Assembly: GCA_012026655.1 (NCBI GenBank)
Contig: JAAILG010000051.1
Span: forward strand, 62,001 to 126,000
Reading direction: 5' to 3'
Length of the DNA: 64,000 bases
Source of the DNA: Hydrolagus affinis
Taxonomy: Eukaryota
This document shows positions 13,815-27,749 of this stretch, piece after piece. How positions within the stretch are numbered: position 1 is the first letter of the stretch; every line of letters starts with the position of its first letter. A program made the position numbers and the translations under genes. The notes below the pieces were generated by a model. The model did not search any database. It saw only the letters and a list, made by a program, of their open reading frames with translations, and was not told the origin of the DNA.

Positions 13815-14876
13815 CAAAAAAAAACAACAACAAAATTACATTTGTTTAACGCCTTCACATTAGAAGGACATCCCAATACGCTAAACAAATGTAATTTTGT
13901 TGTTTTTGTTGTAATCTCAGAGGACAGTCGTTTTGTTGACTACGGACAGTCAGTATTTCAGATCCGAGCTGGAGTCAGGATCGGGGAGGGTAGAGGGAAA
14001 GGAGGGGAATTGGGGTGATCTATATCGGACCATTGAAAAGAGGGGCTTTGAGGCGGGACTTGAAAGAAGCTAGGGAGGGGGCGAGGCGGAGGGACTGCTG
14101 GTTAGAATTCCAGAGGTTAGGGGCACAGTGGCTGAAGGCCCACCCTCCAATGGTGGGTTGTGGGTTCGGAGGACATGGAGCAGGCCGGAGCCTGCTGAGC
14201 GGAGGGAGCGGGTAGGTTGATAGGGGGTTAGGAGGTCGCAATGGTAGGGTGGTGCGAGGCCGTTGAGGGCTTTGTAGTCGAGGACCAGAATCATGATTTG
14301 AATCTTCTGGATGATGGGGAGCCAATGGAGTCGGGCGAGAATGGGGGAGATGGGATTGCGGAGTTTGGAGGGTGAATGAGGGTTTCAGCGGTCTGAGGAA
14401 TTAGGTAGTTGGGCAATGTTACAGAGGTGAGGGAAGAATACAACCATGGAGGTTGATGCTGCCAGTGCCTAATGTATGAAGGAACTGGCTCGATCGAATT
14501 AGAAGGGCCTCAGTCTTGTTGACGTTCAACTGTAGAAAGTTAGCTCTCATCCAGGACTTGATGACTGACAGGATAGTAGTGGTCCTGGAATCGAGGGTAG
14601 AGGCAGAAAGATAGAATTGGGTGCCATCCGCACACATATGGAAATTGACCCTGTGTCTACGGATTACGTCACCTAGTAGTTATTGAAACATAAGGGGCCA
14701 AGGACAACAACAACAAAATTACATTTATAGAGCGCCTTTCACATCGGGACGACAACAACAACAAAATTATACTTGTATGGTGTCTTTCACATCTGAAGGA
14801 CATCCCAAGGTACAGGGACAGAGCTCTGGGGGATGCCACAGGTGACAGTGCGGGGGCTAGAGGAGAAGCCATTGGT
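13815..14876 (-). mobile_element. L2 LINE fragment with nested short L2 tails
   Basis: Minus-strand peptides ADGTQFYLS, LQLNVNKTE, LVLDYKALNGLAP, FKSRLKAPLF; tail aacaacaacaaaattacatt; two extra tails at 14704-14810. Confidence 0.88.
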
Positions 14877-17032
14877 ATTACATATTGGAAGCTCCATCAG
14901 TTAATTTTGTAGATTCCAGAACTACAGAAATATACTTTTTTTTAAATTATTGAAATTATTTTGTCACAAATATTTGTAAGTTTATCTCTTTCAACCACGG
15001 GAACGTATTCCTTGCGTAAATTGTGTGTAAAGAGCTTTGCCTTCAGTAATACTTTAATGTATGAGCGAAAATATTGGTCTCTTGGTTGAACTGATGTGGA
15101 ATGAATTGGATTGGTGAGATCAAATCACATTCATATTTTAGCCTCTAAACTCCAGTTTCAGCCTATAAAGGAAGCCAAGCTGAATTTCAATGATAGTACT
15201 GTAGGTCACTAATCCACACGATAGAGTACTTACATGAAGAAAATCATCTTTTGGTGGTGTTTTAAAAATTTTGACTACACTGAACAAAGCAAATAGTCAA
15301 CCTCTTTAAAGGCTTCAGATACATAAAAATAAAACATTCTGTTAATTTTCTTTGTTTCTATGATCAGGATAGTTTTTTGATTGCTGTTTGCCCCCGATTG
15401 ATAAATTGAAACATATATCCTTCCCAATTCATACTGTGTAAGGTGTAATTTGAATATGATTGACAAATTAAAGTGGCTTAAAAACAGGGCTAAATTATTT
15501 TCTAGTGAACCAACCCATTGTGAATACTGGCATTGTGGATGCAAATTAGTGCATGGTCTCTTACAGAATATAAGTACCAACATTTGAAAGAGTTGCCATT
15601 TAGAAATTAGTCTGATTAATACAGAATCAAACATTCATGAATATTTTAAAAATATAACGCATAACATAGCCCACCAAATCTGGGAAACATGATTTAATAA
15701 GCTCTTAAAATTCAGGTTTTCTACATAGCCTTGCAATTTCTAAATGAATAGGTAACAAAACATAAAACATAGAAACTCCTATATGTAGCAGCATTGTACC
15801 ATTTTCACATACATCATAAGTTGCGTACAATTTGTATGCAGAAATAAAATATAATCTCACCTTTAATTTTCAAGTGCAATCAAAGCCAAGGTTATTTTTT
15901 TCTCCCTGGCATGAGATGGTTCAGACTATAAACATTTCCCTAAGGTACAATGTCTACTTAATTAACTGCCTGTGAAATCTAATGTAGTGTCTAGAAGACA
16001 CAAATACTAACGGCAAATGAAGTTTGAATTCATGATCACAATGCTCTGGATGAGTATCTAACCCGTTAGGCTACTCTTGTGATGTAATCGTGTTTATAAT
16101 TGGGTAAACCTTCAGTTATTAGTCCTATCAGTCACATCAGGTGGTCACAAATGTTGGGATATTTACACCCTGGAAGTGTTGATACAATATTGAGCTTTTA
16201 TTAGCATCTTCTCTTTGTTTCCACTTTGTTTTGTTCCTTGGGTAAATTGTATTGTATGCATGAGGTGCATTCTGTGATGATTCAAAGTGTTTCAAATGCA
16301 TGTATCAGACACAAAAGGGGTAAAATCAATAGTGCTGACGGATATATGAATCTCAGCACAGTATTGTTAGATCCAAACTGATCAGCGGAGGGGGACATTT
16401 TCTCTTATGTTGTACATTTGTGATCAAATTGCGTTAATCTCTTTCAGCAATTATTGATTTCCAGAAGGCTATTTAGCATTACAGCTCACTCTTTAAAGCA
16501 CCCAAACTGGTGACCAAACAAAGGCCATCCTGACTGACTGATTGTTAAGATTTTAAATTGATTTTACCACATTTTCCTTTCGTACTTCTAATGGCAAAAT
16601 ACACTTATACTGAAGATAAAATGTTCTCATCTGCTATTAATGATGGATGTTGCCCTGAGGTTGGTGGTTATCTTTATCTCTCCAATTTTCTTCTCCATGT
16701 TGGCGACTTACACTTCAGCATGGTTGCACAGTTGCTGGCATCCATCCAGTTCCTCACATAAGTAGCCAATTCTTTATCATGGAGTGTCAGTTAGCTGTTC
16801 AACTGCCGAGATGCTATAACTAAGCTCAATGTTTATTTGGTATTCACACATGGAAACTTTTGCAGCAGAAATTGCTGGTAAGAATCAGCAACAATGAAAA
16901 TTATTTTTCCCTTCTTTGCCCGGAGATAAATTGCAGCATCCCACTGACTTCTTCACGATTGTAGTTTCAGTTGTATAGAGAGATATATGAACTGTCATCC
17001 TGAGATATGAAAGAATTCAGAAGTGTAATATA

Positions 17033-17350
17033 AATAATAATAATCCTTGCATTTGATATAACGCCGTTCACATTTTATCGACGTCTCAAAGAGCTTCACA
17101 TAATATACTGTAAAGTGAATTGACTATATTTGTGGGTGAAACGCGGCAGCCAATTGCACACAGCAATGTCCCACAAACAGTCATGGATTGAAATGACCAA
17201 TTTTATTATTGTGGATTTTTTTTGACGGATTATTATTAGGGGTGTGGAGTAAGGAAACCTTGCCCACAGTTTCGCCCTGACCTGCCTGGATTCAAAAACA
17301 GGTGTCATACTTGTAAGGCGAGTGCTCTAACCACTGAGCTACAGGAGCTC
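17033..17350 (-). mobile_element. tRNA-SINE family A, full length
   Basis: The rc begins ggagctcctgTAGCTCAGTGGttagagcactcgcc (A box) followed by a degenerate B box, and ends atcaaatgcaaggattattatt. Confidence 0.88.
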
Positions 17351-17645
17351 CACAAAATACCACAATACACAATGTTGAAGCAAACATGTATTCCCAATGT
17401 AATTATGGATAATATGTTTGATAAAATGGTTTTACATTTATACAATTAAGATAAGATTGAATAAATCAAATAATCTCATAAAATGAGAAGTTAAATTTTA
17501 ACAACAAATCAATGGAATCCTATTGTCCGCAGATTTTTTAAAAATATATAGTTTTAATGCTTGGCTTTTCCACTACAAAAGTCCTCAAATTACTCTGTGA
17601 ATAAGCATCATCTATCCATTAATAAAGTTGCTATTTCTCTTCCAG

Positions 17646-17773
17646 CAAATACTGCAAAGGTTTTCATTGAGGTACAAGATGAAAATGACCATGCCCCTGT
17701 TTTCACCAAACCTTTATACCTGGGTGGAGTGGCTGAAGATGCCAAGACATTCACCTCTGTGCTGGAGGTTGAG
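17646..17773 (+). CDS. PCDH15: PCDH15 exon, EC10/EC11 linker (128 nt; [43 protein letters not shown])
   Basis: ttccag|CAAAT...GAG|gtgagt. Contains the DxNDxxPxF calcium-binding linker; phase 1-0. Confidence 0.95.
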
Positions 17774-20427
17774 GTGAGTGGGAATGATGAATTACCTTTT
17801 CATTTCATTATATAAATGAAAAAATACTGCCTAAATATTATGCTGAGCAATTGAAAACTTCTAACCCTGACTGATTCTATATGAATCTCCAGCACAATAC
17901 AGTGGCTACATCAACCAGATAAATACCTCCTAGAATTTATACGAAATTATTATAACTAAACAGACAGATACAGTTTAATCCTTGCAGAATGTATGTAGTC
18001 TGATCTGGGAAAACATTTAATATACACCATGGATTAAATAATTTTCTGAAAGATGTACCTGTTAATCGAAGTACAGAATGAAAGAACAACAATGCAAATA
18101 AATCCTAAACTAAATTTTGTTATAAACAAAGGTGTCAAAAGTGGAAATGGAAATGCACGCATTCACCCCTTGCATATTTTAAACAGATGTATTTTTGTTG
18201 TCAAACCAAAGTACTGTAATATGATTTTAGCCCACTCTGTTTAACTAGTATTTGTCAGCATCTGTTCTTTTCATAAACCAGATTAGGTCACTTTGTGTAC
18301 AATAAAATCAGAGAGAGCTTGTCTGGCTCTGTGAGATAAATTGGCTTAATTAAGCCTGGCCAGTGTAAATCATGATCTATCTCATACACATCACTATTTG
18401 CACATCTTTTTAAAAAGCTTATGCCCTTAACATTGAAATAAATTGAAGCACTTCTAATCATTTCTAATAATGTCAGGAAATTATCCCATGTATACCAAGT
18501 TGCTTTTATTTATTGCTATTTTGTTGCCTCCCAATGTAGTGGTTTACTGCAGGTCATAAATTAAGTTATCCCGCAGCAAATTGGATGCAAACTCTGTCAT
18601 TTTTTTAAGGTTATTAACAAGGAATGCATCATTACGTCATTAAGAAAGTTGGCTAATATTCATTTCAACATTTCAACATTCAACAGTAAATCATCCAAAT
18701 TTTGTACGATGCAAAATCATGAAAAAAAAATGAGGAGTAGTTTCACATATATCAGAAAATAAATAACATTTCTCAAAACACCTGGAAGTTGTGATCTCTT
18801 AGCTGAAATATAAAATAAACTACTCATTTGAAAATTGGAATGTGATAGAGACTTTTAATGGACTAAAATATGTGATAAGACCGAAGAAAGCTTGCAAACA
18901 ATATGAGGCAATGAGCTAAGGATGAAACGAAGCTCATGAAAACAAACCTGAGAGATTTAGACTGTTAAGGTTATACACAGGAGGAAATTAACACAGATAA
19001 TTTTGAGCAAGAGATTGCAAAGTTCAGACGAGCCAAGATCTGAGTAGTAGAGCAGGGACCAGGCCAAATGCTGAGATTAACACATCCTGCACAGGATTCT
19101 CCACAAGTGTAGTGCACAGAAGGATAACCAGAAAGCAAGCAGCAAAAAAAATCCATATTATTGTAGCTAATCAGATGTTCAATTCATCCACCTCATGACT
19201 CAAATGACAGCAGGACAAAGAGTGATCTGTGGACAGAAAGTATTGCAATCAGACTGTTAGAGTCATCAATATATGTGCACTTGATGTCGTCATCATTGAC
19301 TGGTGTACCTCAGGAATCTGAAGTTGGCAAGATAACAGTGCAGCTTCACTCTGAATTTGACTTCCAGCACATTTCCATTAAGGTTTTGACTACATTAGTT
19401 ATTTTTTCTACTTTGACTGTTTTTTAGGGGATATGCACAATAATAATGCCATGACCTGCTTTAGTTATAATTTCACTTTATAAAATGTATAAAGGGTTGA
19501 AATTTCACCTGGGTCCAGATTTACTATATTTATATAATATTTCAGAGCTTCCAAAATGTGACAAAGTTTCTACAAAGCCTTAATTTTAGAGTTGGTATTC
19601 CATCAGTTCTTTTAAAAACTGCAGAAAAACAGTTTAAACATTAAAGCTTAATTCAACAATTTGCCAAATTCTAGAAATGTTACTAGTTAATCCACCCAGA
19701 TTGATTTCTTACCTTAGCTTCTGTCTTTGTTCAGCATGGACACTCTGTAGAATGTTGCAGTATCTCACCATATAGACCCTTGTTGCCTGAATTTATGCTG
19801 GTATAAGTGGCTTGCTTAGTGCCAGTAAATTGGCTGTGAAAAGTCAAATTAGACTAATATAGTTAAGGCTCATTTAAGTCCAGTAACACCATGCTATAGT
19901 CAAAATGTTTATTTCTCAAAAATTATACGTCAACTTGCATTTCATCAAAGTGAAGGAACACGAGACCTTGTATTTGAATGATTCACAGCAGATTGATATT
20001 CAGGCACAAAGATCCATCTGTGGCCAAAGATTAATGCAAGACAATGAGATGCATTAAACAGTATTTCACATTTGATTTAATACATGTTCTATTCCCTGCT
20101 ATATCCCTTCCCCAAATGTCTACTTAGCAATTAGTGACTCAATCTAGTTTGTGAATATCACATCGGGGAACCCACTGTATGATGTATGAAAAAATGTCTC
20201 ACTTTCATTTTGATTGTTGAATGTTAAATACAGTGATCCTATTAAGCATCTGATCTATGAAGACCTGGGAATATGCCAAGTATGATTCTTGCACAAAAGC
20301 AACCATGGGATGGAAGCATGCTACCAAAATCAACAATCAAGTATTGATGCTTTTCTCTGGGTGTCCAAGCTAACTTAAGAAACTTTCTAAAGATTGTGGG
20401 TAAACTTTCTTTTTATACCCCAAAATA

Positions 20428-20702
20428 GGAGTCCTGTAGCTCACAAGTGAGAGACCTTGGTTCAATTCCTTGCCAGGATGATACCTTGGGCAAGTTTCTG
20501 TACTCCACACACCTAATAATAATCCCTAAAAAAAAAAAAATTGGTTATTTCAATCCATGACTGTTTGTGGGACACTGCTATGTACAATCAGCTGCTGCAT
20601 TTCGCTCACAAATATACCATCAATTCACTTTACCGTATATTCTGTGATGCACTTTGAGATGGCTAGAAGACATGAAAAATATTATATCAAATTATTATTA
20701 TT
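20428..20702 (+). mobile_element. tRNA-SINE family A, near full length
   Basis: ggagtcctgtagctca...ggttcaattcc (B box)...atcaaattattattatt. Confidence 0.85.
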
Positions 20703-23199
20703 AAAATCTAGGCACATTACATGCAGAGGTTGAGTCTGAAGTTGGTATGTCAAACTGTACTTCAGAGCTAGTTTGGCTAATGACAGATCAAAGCTATCCA
20801 ACCATCTGACTATACAGGTTAAGGCATACATTAGCAGTGCAATCCTTACATGGATCAATATTTGTAGAGAATAACTATAATAGCAAATGGGAAAATAATA
20901 ATATTAAAAAGAAGAACACAGAATTGGTATGAGAGTTGTAAACTTCAGTAGTGGAATGAGCCACAGCATTTGGCCATTTCAAATGGCCATTTCCTATGTA
21001 ATAATATCTATCCAGCCTGATTTAGCATATGAATAAAATTCATACATTGCTGCCGAAAATCTATGAGCTGGTTGTCATTTGTCATGTTTTTTCCTGGCTC
21101 TATTTCATCCTCTTGACCTGGTTGTGTTTTTTGTTCTGAGTGAAAGGTTCAGAAGAATACCTGGTTCTCAGAGGAGGATGTTGATTTGGCTGCAAGCTTC
21201 AAACATTAATCAAAAAATAGAGTTGATTGAAATTCATTCAGAAACAATGAAATGATAGGCAAATTGTTCAGAAGCATTGAATTTATTACAACTCAGGCAG
21301 TTTCTCTAAATTATGTTTGCCTCCCACTTTCTATAGGAGTGTGGGGGAAAATAAACAGCAATTATCCTCTTCCCTTTCAAATGAATTCAAAGGAGTTTTG
21401 TATATGAATGTAACTATGATGAAATTTAAGGCAATTGGTTGTTTTTTCTGATGCATTAACGTGGCCTTTTCAGCAAACACATGCAAACTCTCAAATACTC
21501 TTCCTACCCCCAGCTTCAGCTTCAAGGCAATTCGATGAAGTGTTTTGCGACATTTTCTCAACATGAAAGACACACTATAAATGTGAAATTGCTGTTGCAA
21601 TATCAGTTTGGTTTCAACTTCTACAATGCTAACTGTGCAACTGCACTTTGAAAAGATGTTGAGAACTAAGTACTGTACTGACAATCCTTTTAGATCAATG
21701 ATGAATTATGGCTGCATTATATTTAAAATTTCTTATTAAAAAAAACTAGACTTTTTGAAAACAGAATGTAGCTGTAAGTTATTGACTAATAAAAATACCA
21801 ATTTATTTTATCACACATCAACAACAACAACTTGGATTTATATAGTGCCCTCCATGCCAGACGGATCAAGACACTTTCAAATATTTGAATGCACAAAATA
21901 GTCATATAGATGGACTTGACTTTCATCTACTTAAAACCCCAAACTACAAATATGTGCCCTTAATTTATAAAATTAATTCTTACTTTAAGAATGTTTTTAA
22001 TCTAACAATTAAGAACAAATATCAGTTTAGCAAATCCATTAAGCAAAAATGGTTAATTTGTTCTTCACAATTGAATGTCTTAATTGTAGCTTGAACATGT
22101 AGACTTAACCTAATAGTTACAAAAGAACAATATTTGGAGAGTAAATATTTGATTACAAAAAATAAGATTCTTTTAAAACTGCTGCTGGCAAAGGCACCAC
22201 TTTAGTTCTCGTTTCCATGAAGGTGAATGGTCACTGTAGGCAAGCAGCAAGATGGTCAATACTCATGCATTTCTTTCGAATATAGATATAATTGGTAGCA
22301 AAAGCTGGCAGCAACTTTAGCACAGATTGGACTGTGGTACAGAGCCTCCCTCTTCTGGCTGAATTCAGACAGAACCTATAGTTAAGCACAAAAAAAATGT
22401 AACTTCTAAATGCAGTTGGTAATGAGAGAGGGAAACAACTCCATCTATAATTAAAGCAGTTTCATCTAAATTAAGTTGTTCAACAACATTGCATTTTTTA
22501 TTTTCTGTTGGTTTGTAGCAATAATATTTAAATTTTCACTACATAATTTTCACTCTGGAAGCTCATTAAACATGGATTTTTGTGATTGCTCCCTCATTTG
22601 TTTTTCAAGCAAGAGAAAATAAAGGCTAGGTATGGACTAAATTCTCAAATTTGAAGGAGGTGTTTACAAACATCAATGAACAGAACATTAATTTTGCTTT
22701 ACTTGAATAAATAGAAGCTGGAGCATAGTTTCACTGGATTGTTTCAGCTTCTTAAAACCACTAATTTAGTGATGCCTTAAGCTGTTTTTGTACCACAGTA
22801 TTCACAAGAGATTCACTGTGAAAAATCCAGTATCAATCTGGGCTGTGTAGCGTGATTGGGGAGTGAATTGCAGAGATTTGTTTTAGACTGCCCTGAAGAG
22901 GTGGTTCTCGCAACACTTTCATGTGCACCCAATAACTTTCAAGGGACTTTTTTTGGTGGAAGGCATGCATTTAGTTACACAACCGCAGAACTAGTACATC
23001 AGGATTTAGTTCTTTTACAGCCTCTGGTCAATGCAATAAGCAGAAGGAATTAAATGAGGCTTCCAGCTCCACATCATCATTTTACTGCTGGGAGTTTGAA
23101 GTTATGATGAGATGGATATTAATTTCCAATGTCAATGTAGTTCAGCATCTTTCTGATTTTGAGCAGATCATTGGCTTTGAAGTTCCAGAAGTTTACATT

Positions 23200-23395
23200 G
23201 GCTCAGCGCTCTCACTTCTTTGTCAGAAGGTTGTGGATTGAAGTTTGTCATTTGGACTTCAGTTTCAAACTGACACTTCATTGCGGTACTGGGGTCGCAT
23301 TGCATTTTACAATGCCTCCCTTCAGAATAGGTGGAGGATCTTAAAGATCCTGTGACACTATTTGAAATGAGAAAGAAGTTTCTCTCAATGTCCAC
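23200..23395 (+). mobile_element. Old DeuSINE-like remnant
   Basis: tggctcag...gtcagaaggttgtgga head and ttaaagatcctgtgacactatttgaa core, similar to 7440-7660. Confidence 0.55.
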
Positions 23396-23403
23396 TGCAC
23401 AGA

Positions 23404-23967
23404 TAATAATAATAATAATAATCCTTCCATTTGTTATAGCACTTTTTCAACACTATGGAACTCCATCTCACAGTCCCTTTGCCTCACTTCCTCCCTTGCC
23501 TCCATCAATGCCAGTCTCAAGACCCGTCCTCTTCAATCTTGCCTTCTGCTTCCCTCCCAACTCTCTCCCTCCCCAACTCTCTCCCTGCCCTTCCCCCCCC
23601 TATCCTGCTCCTCCCACTTGATCGGGTCCCGACCTGACAGTTCGGCGCCTTGGGACGTCCTCCCAACATGAAAGGCGCTCTATAAATGTCACTTTTGTTG
23701 TTGTTTTTCACGTTTAAGTTGTTGTTGTTGTCTTCTAGAAGTTTCAACGCACTTCACAAAATATACAGCAAAGTGAATTGACTGTACAATTGTGGGCAAA
23801 ACTTGTACTGGATTGAAGTGACCAATTTATTAATTGTTTTTATCTTGAGGGATTATTGTTAGGCATGTGGAGTAAGGAAACTTGCCCAAGGTTTCGCCTT
23901 GTTGGGAATCGAACCCGGGTCTCTCGCTTGAGAGGCATGTGCTCGAACCACTGAGATACAGGGCTCC
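23404..23967 (-). mobile_element. tRNA-SINE family A split by an L2 insertion
   Basis: SINE tail at 23404-23451; body resumes at 23731 (tcttctagaag...) and runs to the head (rc ggagccctgtatctcagtggttcgagc...ggttcgattcc). Confidence 0.85.
23452..23730 (+). mobile_element. L2 3' end nested in SINE
   Basis: tggaactccatctcacagtccc...ttgggacgtcctcccaacatgaaaggcgctctataaatg...gttgttg matches 2480-2700. Confidence 0.88.
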
Positions 23968-24354
23968 ATAATCACTTCATTATTTACCTAATGACTGTTT
24001 GTGGGCCTTTGCTGTGTGCAAAATGGCCGTCACATGTGAAGTACTTTGAAACTTTCAAAATAAATGGTATTGTAAATCTAATGCAAGGATAAGTATTGTC
24101 CATGTGCAATCACTCACAAGAAAAAATATACTGATAATATACTGATATATGAATTGCGGTATTGTTATTTACCATTAGTGCTGTGCATGATCTCTGGTTA
24201 GTGCCATTAGAAAATATTGCCCTGAACCTTTTTTTGTAACTCTCTTCACTGCAAAATGAAACAAAGTAATGAAACCAAGTGACATTTTTGGTGGCTGTGT
24301 TGTGTTTTATGAATATTGTATGAGACCTTGGGGCTTTATTTTTTATATTGGCAG

Positions 24355-24570
24355 ATTGAAGATCAGGACACTGGAAACTATAGCGCCGTTCAGTATCGAC
24401 TGATCATACCACCCTCGAAGGATGGTAAGGATGGTTTTGTGATAGAGGCGTACACTGGCCTCATCAAGTCAGCAATTACGTTCAGAAACATGAGGCGATC
24501 GTATTTTAAATTTGAAGTTATTGCAACAGACAACTATGGGACAGGATTGAGCAGCAGTGCACGAGTTGTG
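24355..24570 (+). CDS. PCDH15: PCDH15 exon, EC11 (216 nt; [20 protein letters not shown]...[16 protein letters not shown])
   Basis: tggcag|ATTGAA...GTG|gtaagt. YRLIIPP and NMRRSYFKF are PCDH15 hallmarks; phase 0-0. Confidence 0.96.
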
Positions 24571-25097
24571 GTAAGTACTTTATTTTGTAATGCTAATTCT
24601 CTTCCTTCTAGCTATAAATGGCCTGTCTGAACCCATTTAGCCAAACTCTTGTTCAAGGTTTTCATTGAATACAGAATGCCATTTGGAGGCTCCAGATGTA
24701 CTGGGAAGAAAAGAAAAATCATGTGTGGGAGAGGAACTGTTTTGAAATCAAGTTTGCGTGTTAACTAATAATCATTTCTATTGCATTTGTCAACTACAGT
24801 ATGTTGCTTAGGAAGTCATTCACAAAATGCTTGTTTTGACATTTCCTAGCATTTAATTTGGGGGGCATTTATTTCAATCACATAATGTAGAACAGGGGTT
24901 TTATATTGATGATGTGCATGGAACATTGATGTCCGAAGGGGGTGAGGGGGAAGGTGGGGAATGGGGTTGCTTGAAAATATTTGAAAACGGATGCATTGGA
25001 GGGATATTCTTTTATGGATTGAGTTCTTGGCATCGTGGAATTCCTGGTTGTTTTTCTGGTATGGTTACAGTTTGTACATTTCTAACTACAGTATTAA

Positions 25098-25213
25098 ATA
25101 ATAATAATAATAATCCTTGCATTTGATATAGCGCTTTTCACATCTTATCGACATCTCAAAGCGCTTCCCAGAATATACTGTAAAGTGAATTGACTATATA
25201 TTTGTGGGCGAAA
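25098..25213 (-). mobile_element. tRNA-SINE family A 3' fragment
   Basis: aataataataatccttgcatttgatatagcgcttttcacatc...tttgtgggcgaaa. Confidence 0.82.
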
Positions 25214-27749
25214 CTATTGTGGCCTTCCTACTAAGGTGAGGACAACTGTGGCAATCATCTTTCATACCTCAGCATTTTTCCAGGAACCAACTGGTAACAT
25301 GGAGGATGAGTCAGTTTAACATGTGCATTTTCATTTGCCAGATCACCAATTCTTCTTATACAGTATTAAGAATCCAGGTGTACACAACGTTATAACATTG
25401 TCTTGTTTTAACATTGTTTTGATATCCATAAAATCCCAGTCCCTGTTACAGTGAGCGCAATTGCAGTTTGATTGTGCATTGTGCAACTAGCCAATTCCCA
25501 TACTTATGTGTAAATCAAGTAGTCACATTGGTTGTAAAGTTATGAAGCAGAAATTGGTCATTTTGAGCAACAGTTGACCAGCATGGGGGAAGCGATAGGG
25601 CAGACTGTGCAAATGTGCAGTGAATGGACAATGCAACCATAGTATAACCAAATTTTTGCTATAAAGAAACACATTATAACAGGGCAGCACAACATTCAGC
25701 AGCAAATTGCATGTTGATAAGGATTCCTCCTAACAGCGAACTTTCCACAGGTGAAAGGAGACAAGAATTGCACAAAAATAGCCATTTGTGCACCAATTCG
25801 AAATCACATACTTATCTCAACAGAAAGCACTCAATTCATCACACATGGCTAGTATTTTCTGAGAGGCAAACCTAACCGAACCTCATCAATCTTTCTTTAT
25901 CAAGCAACTAAGTCTTCCTTTTTTTCTTTGTGGTCAAGATGTTATATCTAGACTTTAGCCTGAACTGTCAAAATGAAGTTTTCTTTCTGTTATCTGTAAA
26001 TAAGAGATAACAGGGAATAATTGTTTAATTTCCTGTTTGTTGACCAATGGCAATAAAGGTGTCACATTGGTGTTGAACAAAATTGCTCACCAGAAAAACT
26101 GCAGCCAAAATGGTATGTTACCTTGGAAAATGCATCCAGCGACTTCTCTTGCAAGCAAGCCCATTTGTGTCACACTAGCTCACGACTTGCAAGAACTCAG
26201 CTGTGAACTAACCTCATCTCGTGATTAATGCATATCTTTTGTAGTAACTGTAATGGGTGAGCTAATCTATTTTCACCTTCTAAATAATCACTAACACCAA
26301 CTCAAAGCAACTCCTTCTGATCTCTGTATGCATTAGATAAACACTGATACAGTCCTGTAAAATGTTGCAGGGCGTTTTACCGATCATTAATGTTAGGTAA
26401 AAGAAAGACTATATTCAGAATATTTCTACTAAGTTGGATGAGGGAGGTGGGATGCGTGGGGGGAGGGGAGAGTCAGAACTCTGTCGTCGTATTAAGCAGA
26501 TCAACAGTAACACTTTTCTGGGAAGAATTAATTTTATTTTGAAATTATATATTTATTTATTTATAAATATATTGGGTATAACAGAAATCAAAAACTAAAT
26601 GCAGTATCTTTTTTTATTTTCCCAACACAAAAAAAAACATTCTGTTGTTCATGATTCATTTTTTTTCTGCACACAGGTTGGGCACACATTTTTTCAGGGA
26701 CGCTCCCTTTAAAACAGTTGGGAGTCATCCATGTGTGCACCAGAACCATGTGCGCACTCACATATACCCTGACAAGATCTCCTGCCACTTTCGGAAGGAG
26801 CCTCGATGTGCAATGTATGCACGTATGTTTAGAAATAATTAAATCTGTGGCAGAATATTATATTTATTTATTACTTAAACTCCTGGCATTTTGGGATACA
26901 CATTTCAAAGCTAGAATACACACATCATCTTACAGTACTGATGTAGTTCACTATTATATAAGAAAATAATGAGGCATTGATTTGGTAGATTGTTGAAAGT
27001 TGATGAACCTAAATGTACCGCATTTTTTTTTACACCCATTTTACAGTCTCTTTTCAAATCCTGCCTTTACGGATACCAGCAATTTACATGCAGGGAAAAT
27101 TGATTTAAATTTTAGTTAAGAAGCAATTAATTTGTGAAATAATTGTGTGTTTGGCCTTGAGTACCCAAAAACATGGGCAATGTCAAAACCTTGATATCCT
27201 TGTGGCACACTGTGCATAAATACAACAAGGCTAATTGATTTGAAATTACAGCGTGGTATTACAGCAGTACAGTTATAGACCAGATTACCAATGTAACCAA
27301 TGTTAGTACAACAGAACAGAAATTGAGTTTCCATAGTCAAATTGGAACTGCATCAAAGCATGCAATCTATCAATATTGCCTCACCAAGCTGCATGATATT
27401 ACAAAAAGAAGGATGATCTATTTTGTCTGATGTACTAAAAGATGTGCAGAATCATTGTGGTGTCGATCCAGTCCCTTGTGGTAACAATGAGCAATGATCC
27501 ATCCACTATTTCAATCTTCTGATTCAGATGCACTCGCACCAATGAATTTGCTTCCTGTCTTCCACTTTGCAGTCCATGTTTTATGAAGGAAGATTATAAA
27601 ATGCCGGGTCCAGCCATATAAGACTAAAATCAGCAATGGGTAACATGCATTTTATGACTTAATAGTAATGTGCCTCTAAAAAGTGGAGAAACTGTAATTA
27701 GAAGTTGGTGTGGTTTTAGGAGTAATGGATCATGTTTCATAAAATATAT

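Noticed and set aside
17270-17350. tRNA-like sequence with A/B boxes (also 23900-23967 and 20428-20470)
   Set aside because: These are heads of dispersed SINEs joined to a common body and (taa)n tail, not tRNA genes.
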